Of a stretch of 64,000 nt of DNA, positions 51,393 through 61,328 are shown piece after piece. Source of the DNA: Anaerococcus sp. (GTDB lineage: Bacteria > Bacillota > Clostridia > Tissierellales > Peptoniphilaceae). Location of the stretch: contig JBHWRC010000100.1 of assembly GCA_043426375.1 (NCBI GenBank), forward strand, positions 5,359-69,358. Direction: 5' to 3'. Within the stretch, counting starts at the first letter, position 1; each line of letters starts with the position of its first letter. The position numbers were made by a program, and so were the translations under genes. The notes under the pieces are model-generated. The model made no database searches. It was given only the letters and a program-made list of their open reading frames with translations, and was not told the origin of the DNA.

Positions 51393-53165
51393 TTATCCAA
51401 ATAAATCTGTATTATTTGAGTTGTATAGGTTGTAATAAATACCTTTTTTAGCAAGTAGGTCCCTGTGATTTCCTCTTTCTACAATGCCGTCATAGGTTAG
51501 GACCATGATTTCATCAGCGTTTATGATTGTTGATAACCTGTGGGCTATAGTAAGAGTTGTCCTACCCTTAGTTAGCTTTTCTAGAGAAGCTTGGACAATT
51601 GCTTCACTCTTATTATCAAGGGCAGATGTCGCTTCGTCTAAAATCAGGATTGATGGGTTTTTGAGGAAGACTCTAGCAATTGAAATTCTCTGCTTTTGAC
51701 CTCCAGAAAGTTTGACTCCACGCTCTCCTATATAGGTATCAAGACCATTTGGCAAGTCTTTTATAAATTCATCCGCACCTGCAAGCCTTGCTGCTTCCTC
51801 TATTTCTCTTAGGGTCGCATCCTCTTTTCCGTAGGCAATATTTTCCATAACAGTGCCTGAGAATAGGTATACATCTTGCTGGACAATTCCTATATTATTT
51901 CTTAGAGATTCTATGGATAGGTCCTTGATATTGGTATTATCGACCCTTATCTCTCCCTTATCCACATCATAAAACCTTGGGATAAGCTTAGAAATTGTAG
52001 TTTTCCCAGCTCCTGAAGGACCTACCAGAGCGATATTTTCTCCCACGTTTATCTTAAAGGACATATCTTCTAGAACATATGGTTCGTCATCGGCTGTGTT
52101 TGGATATTTGAAGTATACACTATCAAATTCGATCTTGCCCTTTACATTATCTAGGGTTTCTGGGTTTTCCTTATCAAAAATATCCCTATCAAGATTCATA
52201 ATTTCTATAAATCTCTCAATACCTGTTGTACCTCTTTCATAAGTATCGGTGAAGTTTATAAGTCTTTCTATGGTTGATACTAGCATATTTAGGTACATGG
52301 TAAAGGCTATAAGTTGACCTGGAGTAATTTCTCCATTTATAACAAGCATGCCACCAGCTATGATTAAAACCAAATACATAAGGCCTGAGAAAGTATCTTT
52401 TACACCGAAATATTTGGCCATATTGTAGTATTGGTCGCTTTTTATGTCTGCAAACTTATCATTTTCTTTAGCAAATTTATCCTTTTCCACATCTTCATTG
52501 GCAAAGGACTTTACAACACTTATGCCTAAGAGAGTGTCTTCCACACCAGCATTTATCTCACCTATTTGCTTCTTAGAATTCTTTGTTGCCCTTCTAAATT
52601 TAACCCTAGATTTTCTTGAAACAACATACATAAGTGGTATCAGAAGGTAGATTAGGATTGACAGCTTGATGTCAACATTAATTAAAACTACGAAAGAAAT
52701 TATAAGCTTGATTGCCCCGACTAAAAATTCTTCAGGAACGTGGTGGGAAAATTCTGTAATTTCAAAAAGGTCTGAGGTTAGCCTTGTCATTAACTGACCA
52801 ATCTTTGCCTCATTAAAAAACTCCGTATCCATCTCCATTAGGTGGTTAAATACGTCTTTTCTCATGTCTCTTTCTATATTTGCACCCATGATATGGCCCA
52901 TAGACTGCATGAAATATCTTGCGATTACTGATATAACCTTTGTTATAGCGTATATTATAGCAACTTTCATAATCCTTGGCTGATCAAGTATACCAATTTG
53001 AGCCCAGTCAGTTAGGTAGGATAATAAAAGCGGCAGGATTAGCTCAGAGACAGTCGTTAGGGCTGCCATTAATAGATCTATGGCAAGTACCTTCTTATAA
53101 GGTCCATAATATGGAGTGAACCTCTTAAGAAGGTATTTGTTAGTATATTTTTTATTATTTTCCAT
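51393..53165 (-). CDS. ABC exporter, fused permease/ATPase
   Basis: TMD + GPSGAGKT, LSGGQKQR, ILDEATSALD, IAHRLST. Confidence 0.93.
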   Translation of the reverse strand: MENNKKYTNKYLLKRFTPYYGPYKKVLAIDLLMAALTTVSELILPLLLSYLTDWAQIGILDQPRIMKVAIIYAITKVISVIARYFMQSMGHIMGANIERDMRKDVFNHLMEMDTEFFNEAKIGQLMTRLTSDLFEITEFSHHVPEEFLVGAIKLIISFVVLINVDIKLSILIYLLIPLMYVVSRKSRVKFRRATKNSKKQIGEINAGVEDTLLGISVVKSFANEDVEKDKFAKENDKFADIKSDQYYNMAKYFGVKDTFSGLMYLVLIIAGGMLVINGEITPGQLIAFTMYLNMLVSTIERLINFTDTYERGTTGIERFIEIMNLDRDIFDKENPETLDNVKGKIEFDSVYFKYPNTADDEPYVLEDMSFKINVGENIALVGPSGAGKTTISKLIPRFYDVDKGEIRVDNTNIKDLSIESLRNNIGIVQQDVYLFSGTVMENIAYGKEDATLREIEEAARLAGADEFIKDLPNGLDTYIGERGVKLSGGQKQRISIARVFLKNPSILILDEATSALDNKSEAIVQASLEKLTKGRTTLTIAHRLSTIINADEIMVLTYDGIVERGNHRDLLAKKGIYYNLYNSNNTDLFG

Positions 53166-53333
53166 AAAATAAAACTCCCTTCTATTTATTTTCTTTTAGT
53201 ATGTTTATAATACTATTTTAAATTATATTTTCATCTTCTTTATGATTTTAGACTGTTAATATTAAGACAAGTGTAGTATACTATATATAGTGTTAGTTAA
53301 TAAATATACTATCCAAATCTTTTAGGAGGAGAT

Positions 53334-54176
53334 ATGGCAAGAATAATAGAAAAAACAAATTTGAATGAAAATACAATCAAATTTGTTGTTAGGGCCGAAG
53401 ATATTGCAAAAAAAGCAAAACCTGGCCAATTTATAATTCTAAGGCTAGATGAAAAAGGCGAAAGAGTTCCTTTTACAATTTCATCTACCGATGACGAAAA
53501 CGTTACAATTATTGTTCAAATAGTTGGTGGGACAACTATGAGAATGGATAAGCTTAAGGCAGGCGACGGATTTTTAGATTTTGTAGGCCCACTTGGTAGA
53601 CCAACTGAGCTTGACGAATTAAAAGGCAAAAATGTTTGTGTAATCGGTGGCGGTCTAGGTACTGCAATTGCCTTTCCTCAGGCAAAATACCTTCACGAAA
53701 TTGGTGCTAATGTCGATGTTATAATGGGCTTTAAAAACAAGGGCTTAATAATCTTAGAAGACGAACTTAAGGAATCTTCTGATAATTTATACATAACTAC
53801 AGATGACGGTTCATATGGCAGACAAGGCTTTGTTACTCAAGTTCTAGAAGACCTTTTAGAAGAAGGCAAGCACTATGACCACGTTCTTACAATAGGTCCT
53901 GCTATCATGATGAAAAATGTCGTTACAATTACAAAACCAAAAGATATACCTACTACTGTTTCTATGAACTCTATAATGGTTGATGGTACTGGTATGTGCG
54001 GTTGTTGTAGGCTTACAGTTGGTGGCGAAATGAAATTTGCCTGTGTAGACGGACCTGACTTTGATGGATTCTTAGTCGACTTTGATGAAGCTATGAATAG
54101 GTCAAGAAATTACCAAACCGCTGAAAGAGAGCATATTTGCAACCTAACCAAGGAGGTAAGAAATGGCAAAATTTAA
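53334..54176 (+). CDS. nfnA: NfnA-like FAD/[2Fe-2S] subunit of electron-bifurcating transhydrogenase
   Basis: PGQFIILR, GERVPFT, GGGLG, MVDGTGMCGCCR, CVDGPDF. Confidence 0.85.
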   Translation: MARIIEKTNLNENTIKFVVRAEDIAKKAKPGQFIILRLDEKGERVPFTISSTDDENVTIIVQIVGGTTMRMDKLKAGDGFLDFVGPLGRPTELDELKGKNVCVIGGGLGTAIAFPQAKYLHEIGANVDVIMGFKNKGLIILEDELKESSDNLYITTDDGSYGRQGFVTQVLEDLLEEGKHYDHVLTIGPAIMMKNVVTITKPKDIPTTVSMNSIMVDGTGMCGCCRLTVGGEMKFACVDGPDFDGFLVDFDEAMNRSRNYQTAEREHICNLTKEVRNGKI

Positions 54177-55557
54177 TATGGCTCCTAAAAAGGTAAAGAT
54201 GCCTGAACAAGATCCTAATGTAAGAAATAAAAACTTCGACGAAGTTGCCACAGGCTACACCCTAGAAATGGCTCAAGAGGAAGCATCTAGGTGTATCCAC
54301 TGCAAGAACCAACCTTGCGTATCTGGATGTCCTGTTTCTGTAAAAATCCCTGAATTCATTCAGTTTATTGTAGACGGTGATCTAGATTCTGCCTACGAAA
54401 AAATTGCTGAAACAAACAACCTCCCAGCTATCTGTGGTAGGGTCTGCCCTCAAGAAAACCAATGCGAAGGGGTTTGTACAAGAGGAATCAAACATGAACC
54501 AGTTGGTATAGGTAGACTTGAAAGATTTGTTGCAGACTATCACAACAATAAAAAATACAAAAAACCAGTAGAAGTCTATGCAAATAAGGAAAAAGTAGCT
54601 GTAGTAGGTGCAGGGCCATCGGGGCTTACAGCTGCAGCAGATCTTGCAAAACTTGGCTATAAAGTGACCTTATTTGACGCCTTCCACACAGCCGGTGGTG
54701 TTTTGATGTATGGTATACCAGAATTTAGACTTCCTAAAAAGCTTGTAAATACAGAGCTTAAAAATGTAATCGGTCTTGGTGTAAAACTAAAGACCAACAC
54801 AATTGTAGGCAGGAGCCTATCTATAGAAGACTTATATGAAGACGGCTACGAAGCAATTTACATAGCAAGCGGTGCAGGTCTACCAAAGTTTCTGGGAATA
54901 CCAGGTGAAAACTTAAACGGAGTTTATTCTGCAAATGAATTCCTAACCCGTATGAACCTCATGAAAGCTTATAAGTTCCCAGAATATGACACACCAGTCC
55001 ACGTAGGCAAAAAGGTATGCGTAGTAGGCGGCGGCAACGTTGCAATGGATGCGGCAAGGTCTGCTAAAAGACTAGGCGCTGATGTAACAGTCGTCTACAG
55101 ACGTAGCTTTGAAGAAATGCCTGCTAGGGCTGAAGAAAGCCACCACGCCATAGAAGAAGGTATCAACTTTATGAACCTCCACAACCCGGTAGAAATTATC
55201 GGAGAAAACGGCTGGGTTAAGGCTGTCAAAGTTGAAAAAATGGAGCTTGGAGAAGCTGATGCATCAGGTAGAAGAAGACCAGTTCCAACAGGAGAATTTG
55301 AAGAAGTAGAATTTGAATCTGTAATCGTATCAATAGGCCAATCACCAAACCCACTTATCAAGGATACCAACCCAGATATCGAAACCGAATCTTGGGGTGG
55401 AATCATAATTGATGAAACAACTATGACGACAAAAGACGGAGTCTTTGCAGGAGGCGATGCTGTAAGTGGCGCTGCAACTGTAATCCTAGCCATGGGTGCA
55501 GGCAAAAAGGCTGCAGAAAATATAGATAAATATATAAGAAATAAAAACGATAAATAA
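54163..55557 (+). CDS. nfnB: NfnB / GltD-like Fe-S flavoprotein
   Basis: CxxC..PC..GCP, CGRVCPQE.QC, GAGPSG, GGGNVAMD, AGGD; coupled to nfnA, no gltB adjacent. Confidence 0.85.
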   Translation: MAKFNMAPKKVKMPEQDPNVRNKNFDEVATGYTLEMAQEEASRCIHCKNQPCVSGCPVSVKIPEFIQFIVDGDLDSAYEKIAETNNLPAICGRVCPQENQCEGVCTRGIKHEPVGIGRLERFVADYHNNKKYKKPVEVYANKEKVAVVGAGPSGLTAAADLAKLGYKVTLFDAFHTAGGVLMYGIPEFRLPKKLVNTELKNVIGLGVKLKTNTIVGRSLSIEDLYEDGYEAIYIASGAGLPKFLGIPGENLNGVYSANEFLTRMNLMKAYKFPEYDTPVHVGKKVCVVGGGNVAMDAARSAKRLGADVTVVYRRSFEEMPARAEESHHAIEEGINFMNLHNPVEIIGENGWVKAVKVEKMELGEADASGRRRPVPTGEFEEVEFESVIVSIGQSPNPLIKDTNPDIETESWGGIIIDETTMTTKDGVFAGGDAVSGAATVILAMGAGKKAAENIDKYIRNKNDK

Positions 55558-55562
55558 GAAGA

Positions 55563-55588
55563 TGCCAGGATTTCCTGGCTCTTTTTTT
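55563..55588 (+). terminator. Terminator after nfnB
   Basis: GCCAGG-ATTT-CCTGGC-TCTTTTTTT. Confidence 0.75.
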
Positions 55589-55643
55589 GCTTAAGTAAAT
55601 ATTTTTAGGGTATAAAATAAAAAAACATTTGAAAGGATAAGAT

Positions 55644-56183
55644 ATGAAAATAGGAATATTAGTTGGATCACTTAGAAAGAATTCTTGGAATAAGAAACTT
55701 GCCAAGGAAGTAGCTGAGCTTTTGGATGTTGAAACCTACCCAATAGATTTAAGCAATATGCCATTTTATAACCAAGACCTAGATGGGTCAAATCCCCACG
55801 AAGAATACCAAAGACTAAGGGAAGATATCAAAAAATGTGACGGTTTTATTTTTATCACACCAGAGTACAACAGGTCACTTGCCCCAGTCCTTAAAAATGC
55901 AATAGACATAGGTTCTCGTGGGCCAGAAGGCAATCTATGGACAGGAAAACCTGCAACAGTTTTTAGCTCCACAATTGGAACAATGGGCGGTGTTTCATCA
56001 AATCTAGCCCTTAGACAATCATTTAATTGTGTAAACCTAATCTCCCCTAGCAAGCCAGAAGTATACCTAGCAAAAATAAACGAATTATTCGATAAGGACG
56101 GCAAACTTGTTGAAGCAACAAGACCTTTTATCAAAAACGCCTGCGATGATTTTGTAGAATTTGCCCAAAAATTTGTCGACTAA
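55644..56183 (+). CDS. NADPH-dependent FMN reductase (ChrR-like)
   Basis: GSLRKNSWN, TPEYNRS, LKNAID. Confidence 0.9.
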   Translation: MKIGILVGSLRKNSWNKKLAKEVAELLDVETYPIDLSNMPFYNQDLDGSNPHEEYQRLREDIKKCDGFIFITPEYNRSLAPVLKNAIDIGSRGPEGNLWTGKPATVFSSTIGTMGGVSSNLALRQSFNCVNLISPSKPEVYLAKINELFDKDGKLVEATRPFIKNACDDFVEFAQKFVD

Positions 56184-56200
56184 ATTAAAATTATGAATAC

Positions 56201-56298
56201 AAACGTCCCTGAATCAAAATTATATTTTCCGTAAGTTACAAGATATTATAGCTAAATTAGGATGAAATTTACCAATAATCTGATTATTAGGGACGTTT
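56201..56298. repeat. Long-range inverted repeat enclosing 78 nt
   Basis: AAACGTCCCT (56201-10) and AGGGACGTTT (56289-98), followed by T-tract. Confidence 0.6.
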
Positions 56299-56393
56299 TC
56301 TTTTTTTAGCAAATTTTATATAAAAAACAGCTATTTGTAAAAAATAAATAATAAAGCTTTACAATAAAAAAACAAGGGTATAATATAACTAGT

Positions 56394-56415
56394 TAGATAT
56401 ATCTATGTAGATATA
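56394..56415 (+). promoter_or_regulatory. Overlapping palindromes, candidate MarR operator
   Basis: TAGATATATCTA (56394-405) and TATATCTA-TG-TAGATATA (56398-415) between TATAAT (56379) and the RBS. Confidence 0.55.
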
Positions 56416-56430
56416 AATAAGGGAGGTCAT

Positions 56431-56853
56431 ATGCAAAGTAAAAACTTAAAAATCGTTATAGGCCTTCACAAAAATGCCAAAGACCTTGATAGTAGGACGC
56501 TAAAAATTGCAAGTAAGTACGGGCTAAGTTTTAGTCAGTTTATGGTCCTAGAAGTCCTTTATTCAAAGGGAAAGCTATCCATAAGTGAAGTAAGGGATGC
56601 CATTCTTTCAAGTGTAGGAACCATCTCTCTTGTAGTATCGAATCTAGAAAAGAGGGGCTATATAAAAAGAGAATCAAATCCAAACGATAAGAGAATCTGC
56701 ATCCTCTCCCTTACTGATATCGGAAGAGATGTAATAGCTAAAATCGTCCCAGAAAATGAAAATATGATTAATGACTACATGGAAATACTTGACAGTTACG
56801 AAAAAGAAAACCTAGTGAATATTCTAAAAAAATTAGGAGGTAAGAATGTCTAA
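56431..56853 (+). CDS. MarR family regulator (MhqR-like)
   Basis: GLSFSQFMVLE.LY, VVSNLEKRGYI.R, DKR, LT..G. Confidence 0.9.
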   Translation: MQSKNLKIVIGLHKNAKDLDSRTLKIASKYGLSFSQFMVLEVLYSKGKLSISEVRDAILSSVGTISLVVSNLEKRGYIKRESNPNDKRICILSLTDIGRDVIAKIVPENENMINDYMEILDSYEKENLVNILKKLGGKNV

Positions 56854-57694
56854 AAGAGAAGTTAGAAGTCTTGTTAAAGGCTTCGAAACCAAGGACGGGG
56901 CTGGAGTTAAGCTAACTAGGGTTCTCGGCAGAGAAACTGTCGAAGAATTTGACCCGATTTTGATGCTTGATTCCTTTGATAGCGAAAATCCCAACGATTA
57001 CACAGCTGGTTTCCCTCTACATCCTCACAGGGGAATTGAGACGATTTCTTATTTATCCAGCGGCAAGATGGTCCATAAGGATACTTTAGGAAATGAAGAT
57101 ACAATAACAGACGGCGAAGTCCAGTGGATGAATGCAGGTAGCGGTATTTTGCACGAAGAAGAAGTCCCTGCTGTAGAAAGGCTGCTTGGGGTCCAGCTTT
57201 GGCTAAATTTACCAAAGGCCGATAAATTTTCCAAACCTTATTACCACGCTGTTAGGAAAGAATCCATCAAAGAAATCGACTTTGACTGCGGCAAAATTCG
57301 ACTCTTGGCTGGATCTTTTAAAGATCACGAAGGTTTTAGGGGAAATCATCTACCACTAGATTATTACGATATTCACCTAGATCCAGAGGGTGAAATTACT
57401 TTAGAAATCGAGGAAGATAACTCGGTTATGGTCTTTACCTTACTAGGTAATATCACAATTGAAGGTAGAGAAATTACAGAAAAAACCGCAGCAATGCTTA
57501 CAAAAGGTAATACTCTTACAATCAAAAATACAGATGACTTTGCCCAAGTGCTTTTTATATCAACAAAAGAGTTAAAAGAGCCAGTTGCCTGGGCAGGTCC
57601 AATTGTAATGAATACTGAAAAAGAGCTAGACCAAGCCTTTGAAGATTTGAAGACAGGTAACTTTATAAGAGAAGAATTAGAATTTGAAGATTAA
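56846..57694 (+). CDS. Pirin family protein
   Basis: DPILMLD, FPLHPHRGIET, HKD, QWMNAGSGILHEE, QLWLNLP, GPIVMN. Confidence 0.93.
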   Translation: MSKREVRSLVKGFETKDGAGVKLTRVLGRETVEEFDPILMLDSFDSENPNDYTAGFPLHPHRGIETISYLSSGKMVHKDTLGNEDTITDGEVQWMNAGSGILHEEEVPAVERLLGVQLWLNLPKADKFSKPYYHAVRKESIKEIDFDCGKIRLLAGSFKDHEGFRGNHLPLDYYDIHLDPEGEITLEIEEDNSVMVFTLLGNITIEGREITEKTAAMLTKGNTLTIKNTDDFAQVLFISTKELKEPVAWAGPIVMNTEKELDQAFEDLKTGNFIREELEFED

Positions 57695-57704
57695 GGAGAA
57701 AAAA

Positions 57705-58247
57705 ATGAAAATAGGATTAATAGTAGGTTCACTTAGAAAAGAATCATTTAATAAAAAAATAGCAGAAATTGTACAAAAGGTAATAAGAGAAGGACATGAG
57801 GCTGAATTTATAGATATTTCCTACCTTCCATTCTATAACGAAGACGAAGACGGAGATTCCCCAAGAGAAGAATACACAAGATTTAGAGAAGAGATTAAAA
57901 AATACGACGGCTTTATCTTTTTCACTCCAGAATACAACCGTGGAGTAGCCCCTGCCCTTAAAAATGCCCTAGATATAGCAAGCCGTGGCCCTGAAGGCAA
58001 TGTCTGGTCAGGCAAAATTGCTGCAATTTTCTCTGCGTCTATTGGCCAATCAGGAGCTATGATGGGTAACCACGCCCTAAGACAAAGCTTTGGCTTTATA
58101 AACCTAATCACCCTAAACCAACCAGAAGTCTACCTTGCAAGTATTCAAAACTACTTTGATGAAGATGGAAAACTAGTAAGTGAGACAAAGGACTTTATAG
58201 AAAAAGCTGCAAAGGCATATATAGAATTTGCCAAAAAATACTCATAA
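57705..58247 (+). CDS. NADPH-dependent FMN reductase (second paralog)
   Basis: GSLRKESFN, TPEYNRG, LKNALD; ATG 57705 behind AAGGAG. Confidence 0.9.
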   Translation: MKIGLIVGSLRKESFNKKIAEIVQKVIREGHEAEFIDISYLPFYNEDEDGDSPREEYTRFREEIKKYDGFIFFTPEYNRGVAPALKNALDIASRGPEGNVWSGKIAAIFSASIGQSGAMMGNHALRQSFGFINLITLNQPEVYLASIQNYFDEDGKLVSETKDFIEKAAKAYIEFAKKYS

Positions 58248-58251
58248 GAAC

Positions 58252-58295
58252 AAAAATCCAAGGACCATGCTAAAAATTGGTCCTTGGATTTTTTT
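58252..58295. terminator. Bidirectional terminator
   Basis: AAAAATCCAAGGACCA...TGGTCCTTGGATTTTT. Confidence 0.8.
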
Positions 58296-59130
58296 ATCCT
58301 CTTCTAATTTGGTCAAGCCATTCATCATTTTCTGGATCATTAGAAAATCTTGTGTTTTTATCAAGCCCTCTTAAGGCAAGTCTATCAGAATCATCAAGGT
58401 CAAAATCAAAAATAGAAATATTTTCCCTAATCCTTGATGGATTTGATGATTTTACAATTACCATTGTCCCCCTGTCTACATTCCATTTTAGGGCAATCTG
58501 AGCAGGAGTTTTTCCGTACTTATCCCCTATTTCCTTAAGGATTTTTTCCTCAAGAAGGTTTGATCTGCCCTGAGATAGCGGCCCCCATGCCTGGTGAAGA
58601 ATCTTTTTTTCCTTAAGAAATTCGTGGGTCTTTTCATCTTGCAGGTAAAGATGGCTTTCAAGTTGGTCTAAAACTGGGACTTCACCTAAATCTAGGAGTT
58701 CTTTCATCTGTCCTGGCATAAAGTTACATACCCCAAGAGATTTTACTAGGCCCTGGTCTTTGTAATCCCTAAAAACCTCCCAAGCCTCTTTAAAACCTTC
58801 CCCATACCAATGTAGGAGGATAAAGTCTATATAGCCAATATCAAGGTATGCTAAAGACTCATCAATACTTCTCTTGCACATATCTTTATCAAAATAGGAA
58901 GGCCAAACCTTGGTGGCAACTTGATAGTCTTCCCTCTTTAGGCTAGTTTGTTTGAGATATTTTCCCAAAATCTTTTCATTTTCATAAAATTTTGCAGTAT
59001 CAAAATACCTATATCCTTCTTCAAAAGCAGCCCCTATAGCAGCTTCCATATCAGCTTCTTCAGTAATCTTGTAGGTGCCAAAACCAATAGCTGGCACTTT
59101 TATTTCATTATTTAACTCAAAAAATTTCAT
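58294..59130 (-). CDS. Aldo/keto reductase
   Basis: PAIGFGTY, FDTAKFYENE, ATKVW, LHW, GVCNF. Confidence 0.92.
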   Translation of the reverse strand: MKFFELNNEIKVPAIGFGTYKITEEADMEAAIGAAFEEGYRYFDTAKFYENEKILGKYLKQTSLKREDYQVATKVWPSYFDKDMCKRSIDESLAYLDIGYIDFILLHWYGEGFKEAWEVFRDYKDQGLVKSLGVCNFMPGQMKELLDLGEVPVLDQLESHLYLQDEKTHEFLKEKKILHQAWGPLSQGRSNLLEEKILKEIGDKYGKTPAQIALKWNVDRGTMVIVKSSNPSRIRENISIFDFDLDDSDRLALRGLDKNTRFSNDPENDEWLDQIRRG

Positions 59131-59139
59131 CGCTTCTCC

Positions 59140-60492
59140 TTAAGATTTATATTTCTTATACATCCTCTTGGCTTCATCTTGTTCTTCTCTTATAACCTTG
59201 ATCGAAGCTCTTTCTATTATTCTATTTGATACAGACAAAATTGTAAAAATACAACCGCAAGTTTTAACTCTTAATTGTTCTTTTAAGTCATCTTCAGGAA
59301 TAAATTCCAGATTCTCAATCAAAAGCCCTGATACTGTCTCGTGATTATTGGAGTATAAAAATGTACCAATTTCACTATTTACATCATCAATATCCATAGA
59401 GCCTTCAACAATATATTCATTATCAGTTATTTTTCTGATGAGAGACTCGTTTTGATCATACTCATCTTCTATCTCGCCGACTATTTCTTCAACTATATCT
59501 TCCATAGTCACCATTCCAGAAAACCCACCATACTCATCAATCAGCATGGCTATATAGGTTTTTCTCTTCTGAAACTCTCTAAGTAAGACATCTATCTTTT
59601 TTGTTTCAGGGACAAAATATGCATCCATAATACACTTATCAAGGTCAATTGCTTTATAATCATTGGCAGCATATTCTTTAAACAAATCTTTCACATTAAT
59701 AATTCCCACAATCTTATCAAGATTCTCTTTATACACAGGAATTCTTGAATAGCCCTCTCTAAGAATTTCATTAATTTTAGTCTCGTCAAATTCATCATAA
59801 TCAATCATATAGATTGATGTTCTAGGTGTCATTATTTCTTCAGCCAAAGTGTCATCAAATTCCATGATATTAACTATCATCTCTTCACCGGTAGTATTAA
59901 TAACTCCTTGCTCGCTCGAAACTCTAATATAGCTCTTTAGTTCTTCTTCTGAAATTTTTTCTTCTACTTTTTCAGAATAATTGCCAGTAAGCTTCAAAAC
60001 ACCAACAGTAGATATGGACAAAAGCTTGACAAAAGGCTTAAAAATCTTAGAGCTAAAGGCTATGACTTTAGCAGAAGATAAGGCTACCTTCTCCGAGTTG
60101 CCTAGGGCAATCCTCTTAGGTACTAGTTCACCAAACACAAGCGTGATATAAGATAATACTATAGTAATAAGTATAAAGGATATGGTATCTCCGTAAGGAA
60201 TATTATATTTTGCCAAAAACTCTCCTATAGGTTTAGAAAAGCTTGTTGCAGCAGATCCTGATGAGAAAAATCCCGCAAGTGTGATTGCTACCTGGATAGT
60301 AGATAAAAACCTGGTTTGATCTTTCGATATATGCAAGAGTATCTCTGCCCTCTTATCACCATTTTCACTCAATTCTTTTATTTTATTTGAATTTGCCGAT
60401 ACCATCGCCATTTCAGCCGATGCAAAAAAAGCATTCACAGCTGTAAGTGCCACTATAAGTAAGATATTCGGCCACAAACTGCCGTCTTCCAT
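59140..60492 (-). CDS. Hemolysin-family CNNM/CBS/CorC membrane protein
   Basis: NAFFASAEMA, GELVPKRIA, IMTPR, YSRIPVY, DEYGG..GMVTMEDIVEEIVGEI. Confidence 0.92.
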   Translation of the reverse strand: MEDGSLWPNILLIVALTAVNAFFASAEMAMVSANSNKIKELSENGDKRAEILLHISKDQTRFLSTIQVAITLAGFFSSGSAATSFSKPIGEFLAKYNIPYGDTISFILITIVLSYITLVFGELVPKRIALGNSEKVALSSAKVIAFSSKIFKPFVKLLSISTVGVLKLTGNYSEKVEEKISEEELKSYIRVSSEQGVINTTGEEMIVNIMEFDDTLAEEIMTPRTSIYMIDYDEFDETKINEILREGYSRIPVYKENLDKIVGIINVKDLFKEYAANDYKAIDLDKCIMDAYFVPETKKIDVLLREFQKRKTYIAMLIDEYGGFSGMVTMEDIVEEIVGEIEDEYDQNESLIRKITDNEYIVEGSMDIDDVNSEIGTFLYSNNHETVSGLLIENLEFIPEDDLKEQLRVKTCGCIFTILSVSNRIIERASIKVIREEQDEAKRMYKKYKS

Positions 60493-60560
60493 TTTCCCTC
60501 CTAAAATAATTATTTATTATTATTTATACCCTTTTTAGCTAATTATGTTATAATATTCTT

Positions 60561-61289
60561 ATGAAAACTGTACTAATAACTGGCTCTTCTAGGGGAATTG
60601 GGGCTGCAATCTCTAGAAGACTTGCCAAAGACTATGAAATCGTAATAAATTATAACAATTCAAAAGATGAGGCCCTGGCCCTCCTTGATGAAATTAGAAA
60701 AATAAATCCAATGTCCCTTGCCATTAAGGCTGATGTATCAAAGGAAGACGAGGTTTGCTATTTATTTTCTACAATCGAAAAAAACTTCGGGCCTGTTGAT
60801 ATCCTAATTAATAATGCAGGGAAGTCCTATGTTGGTCTTGTCCAGGATATGGCCTTTGACAAATGGCAAGACATTATAAATACCAATCTTAATTCAGTAT
60901 TTCTGACTACCAAGAGAGCCATAGAGCCAATGCTTTCTAAGAAAGACGGGGTTATTATAAATATGTCATCAATCTGGGGAAATGAGGGCGCTGCCCTTGA
61001 AGCTGCCTATTCTGCAAGTAAGGGTGCTATTAATTCATACACAAAAGCCCTTTCAAAAGAGCTTGCTCCATCTAATATTAGGGTCAATGCCATCGCCCCT
61101 GGTGTTGTCCTTACTGATATGATGAAAGAAGACTTTAGCGAAAGGGAGCTTGACCTTATAAGAGAAGATATTGGTATGGGTCGCTTTGCAGATCCAAAAG
61201 AAATTGCAGATCTGATAGCTTTTTTGATCTCAGATGAGGCTTCATACATTACAGGGGCCATAATTGATATAAATGGTGGATTTTATTAA
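60561..61289 (+). CDS. Short-chain dehydrogenase/reductase (FabG/YmfI-like)
   Basis: TGSSRGIG, NNAG, SSIWG, YSASK, VNAIAPG. Confidence 0.85.
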   Translation: MKTVLITGSSRGIGAAISRRLAKDYEIVINYNNSKDEALALLDEIRKINPMSLAIKADVSKEDEVCYLFSTIEKNFGPVDILINNAGKSYVGLVQDMAFDKWQDIINTNLNSVFLTTKRAIEPMLSKKDGVIINMSSIWGNEGAALEAAYSASKGAINSYTKALSKELAPSNIRVNAIAPGVVLTDMMKEDFSERELDLIREDIGMGRFADPKEIADLIAFLISDEASYITGAIIDINGGFY

Positions 61290-61324
61290 AAAAACTAGGA
61301 TTGACTTTGCTCATCCTAGTTTTT
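61288..61324. terminator. Bidirectional terminator SDR / addA
   Basis: AAAAAACTAGGAT...ATCCTAGTTTTT. Confidence 0.75.
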
Positions 61325-61328
61325 ATTA

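Noticed and set aside
53294..53311. TAGTTAA-TAAA-TATACTA as a Rex operator upstream of nfnA
   Set aside because: Four mismatches to TTGTTAA-N4-TTAACAA in very AT-rich DNA; plausible context but insufficient match.
54163..55557. Calling the gene a glutamate synthase subunit
   Set aside because: No large subunit is adjacent and it is coupled to an NfnA-like gene, so NfnB fits better.
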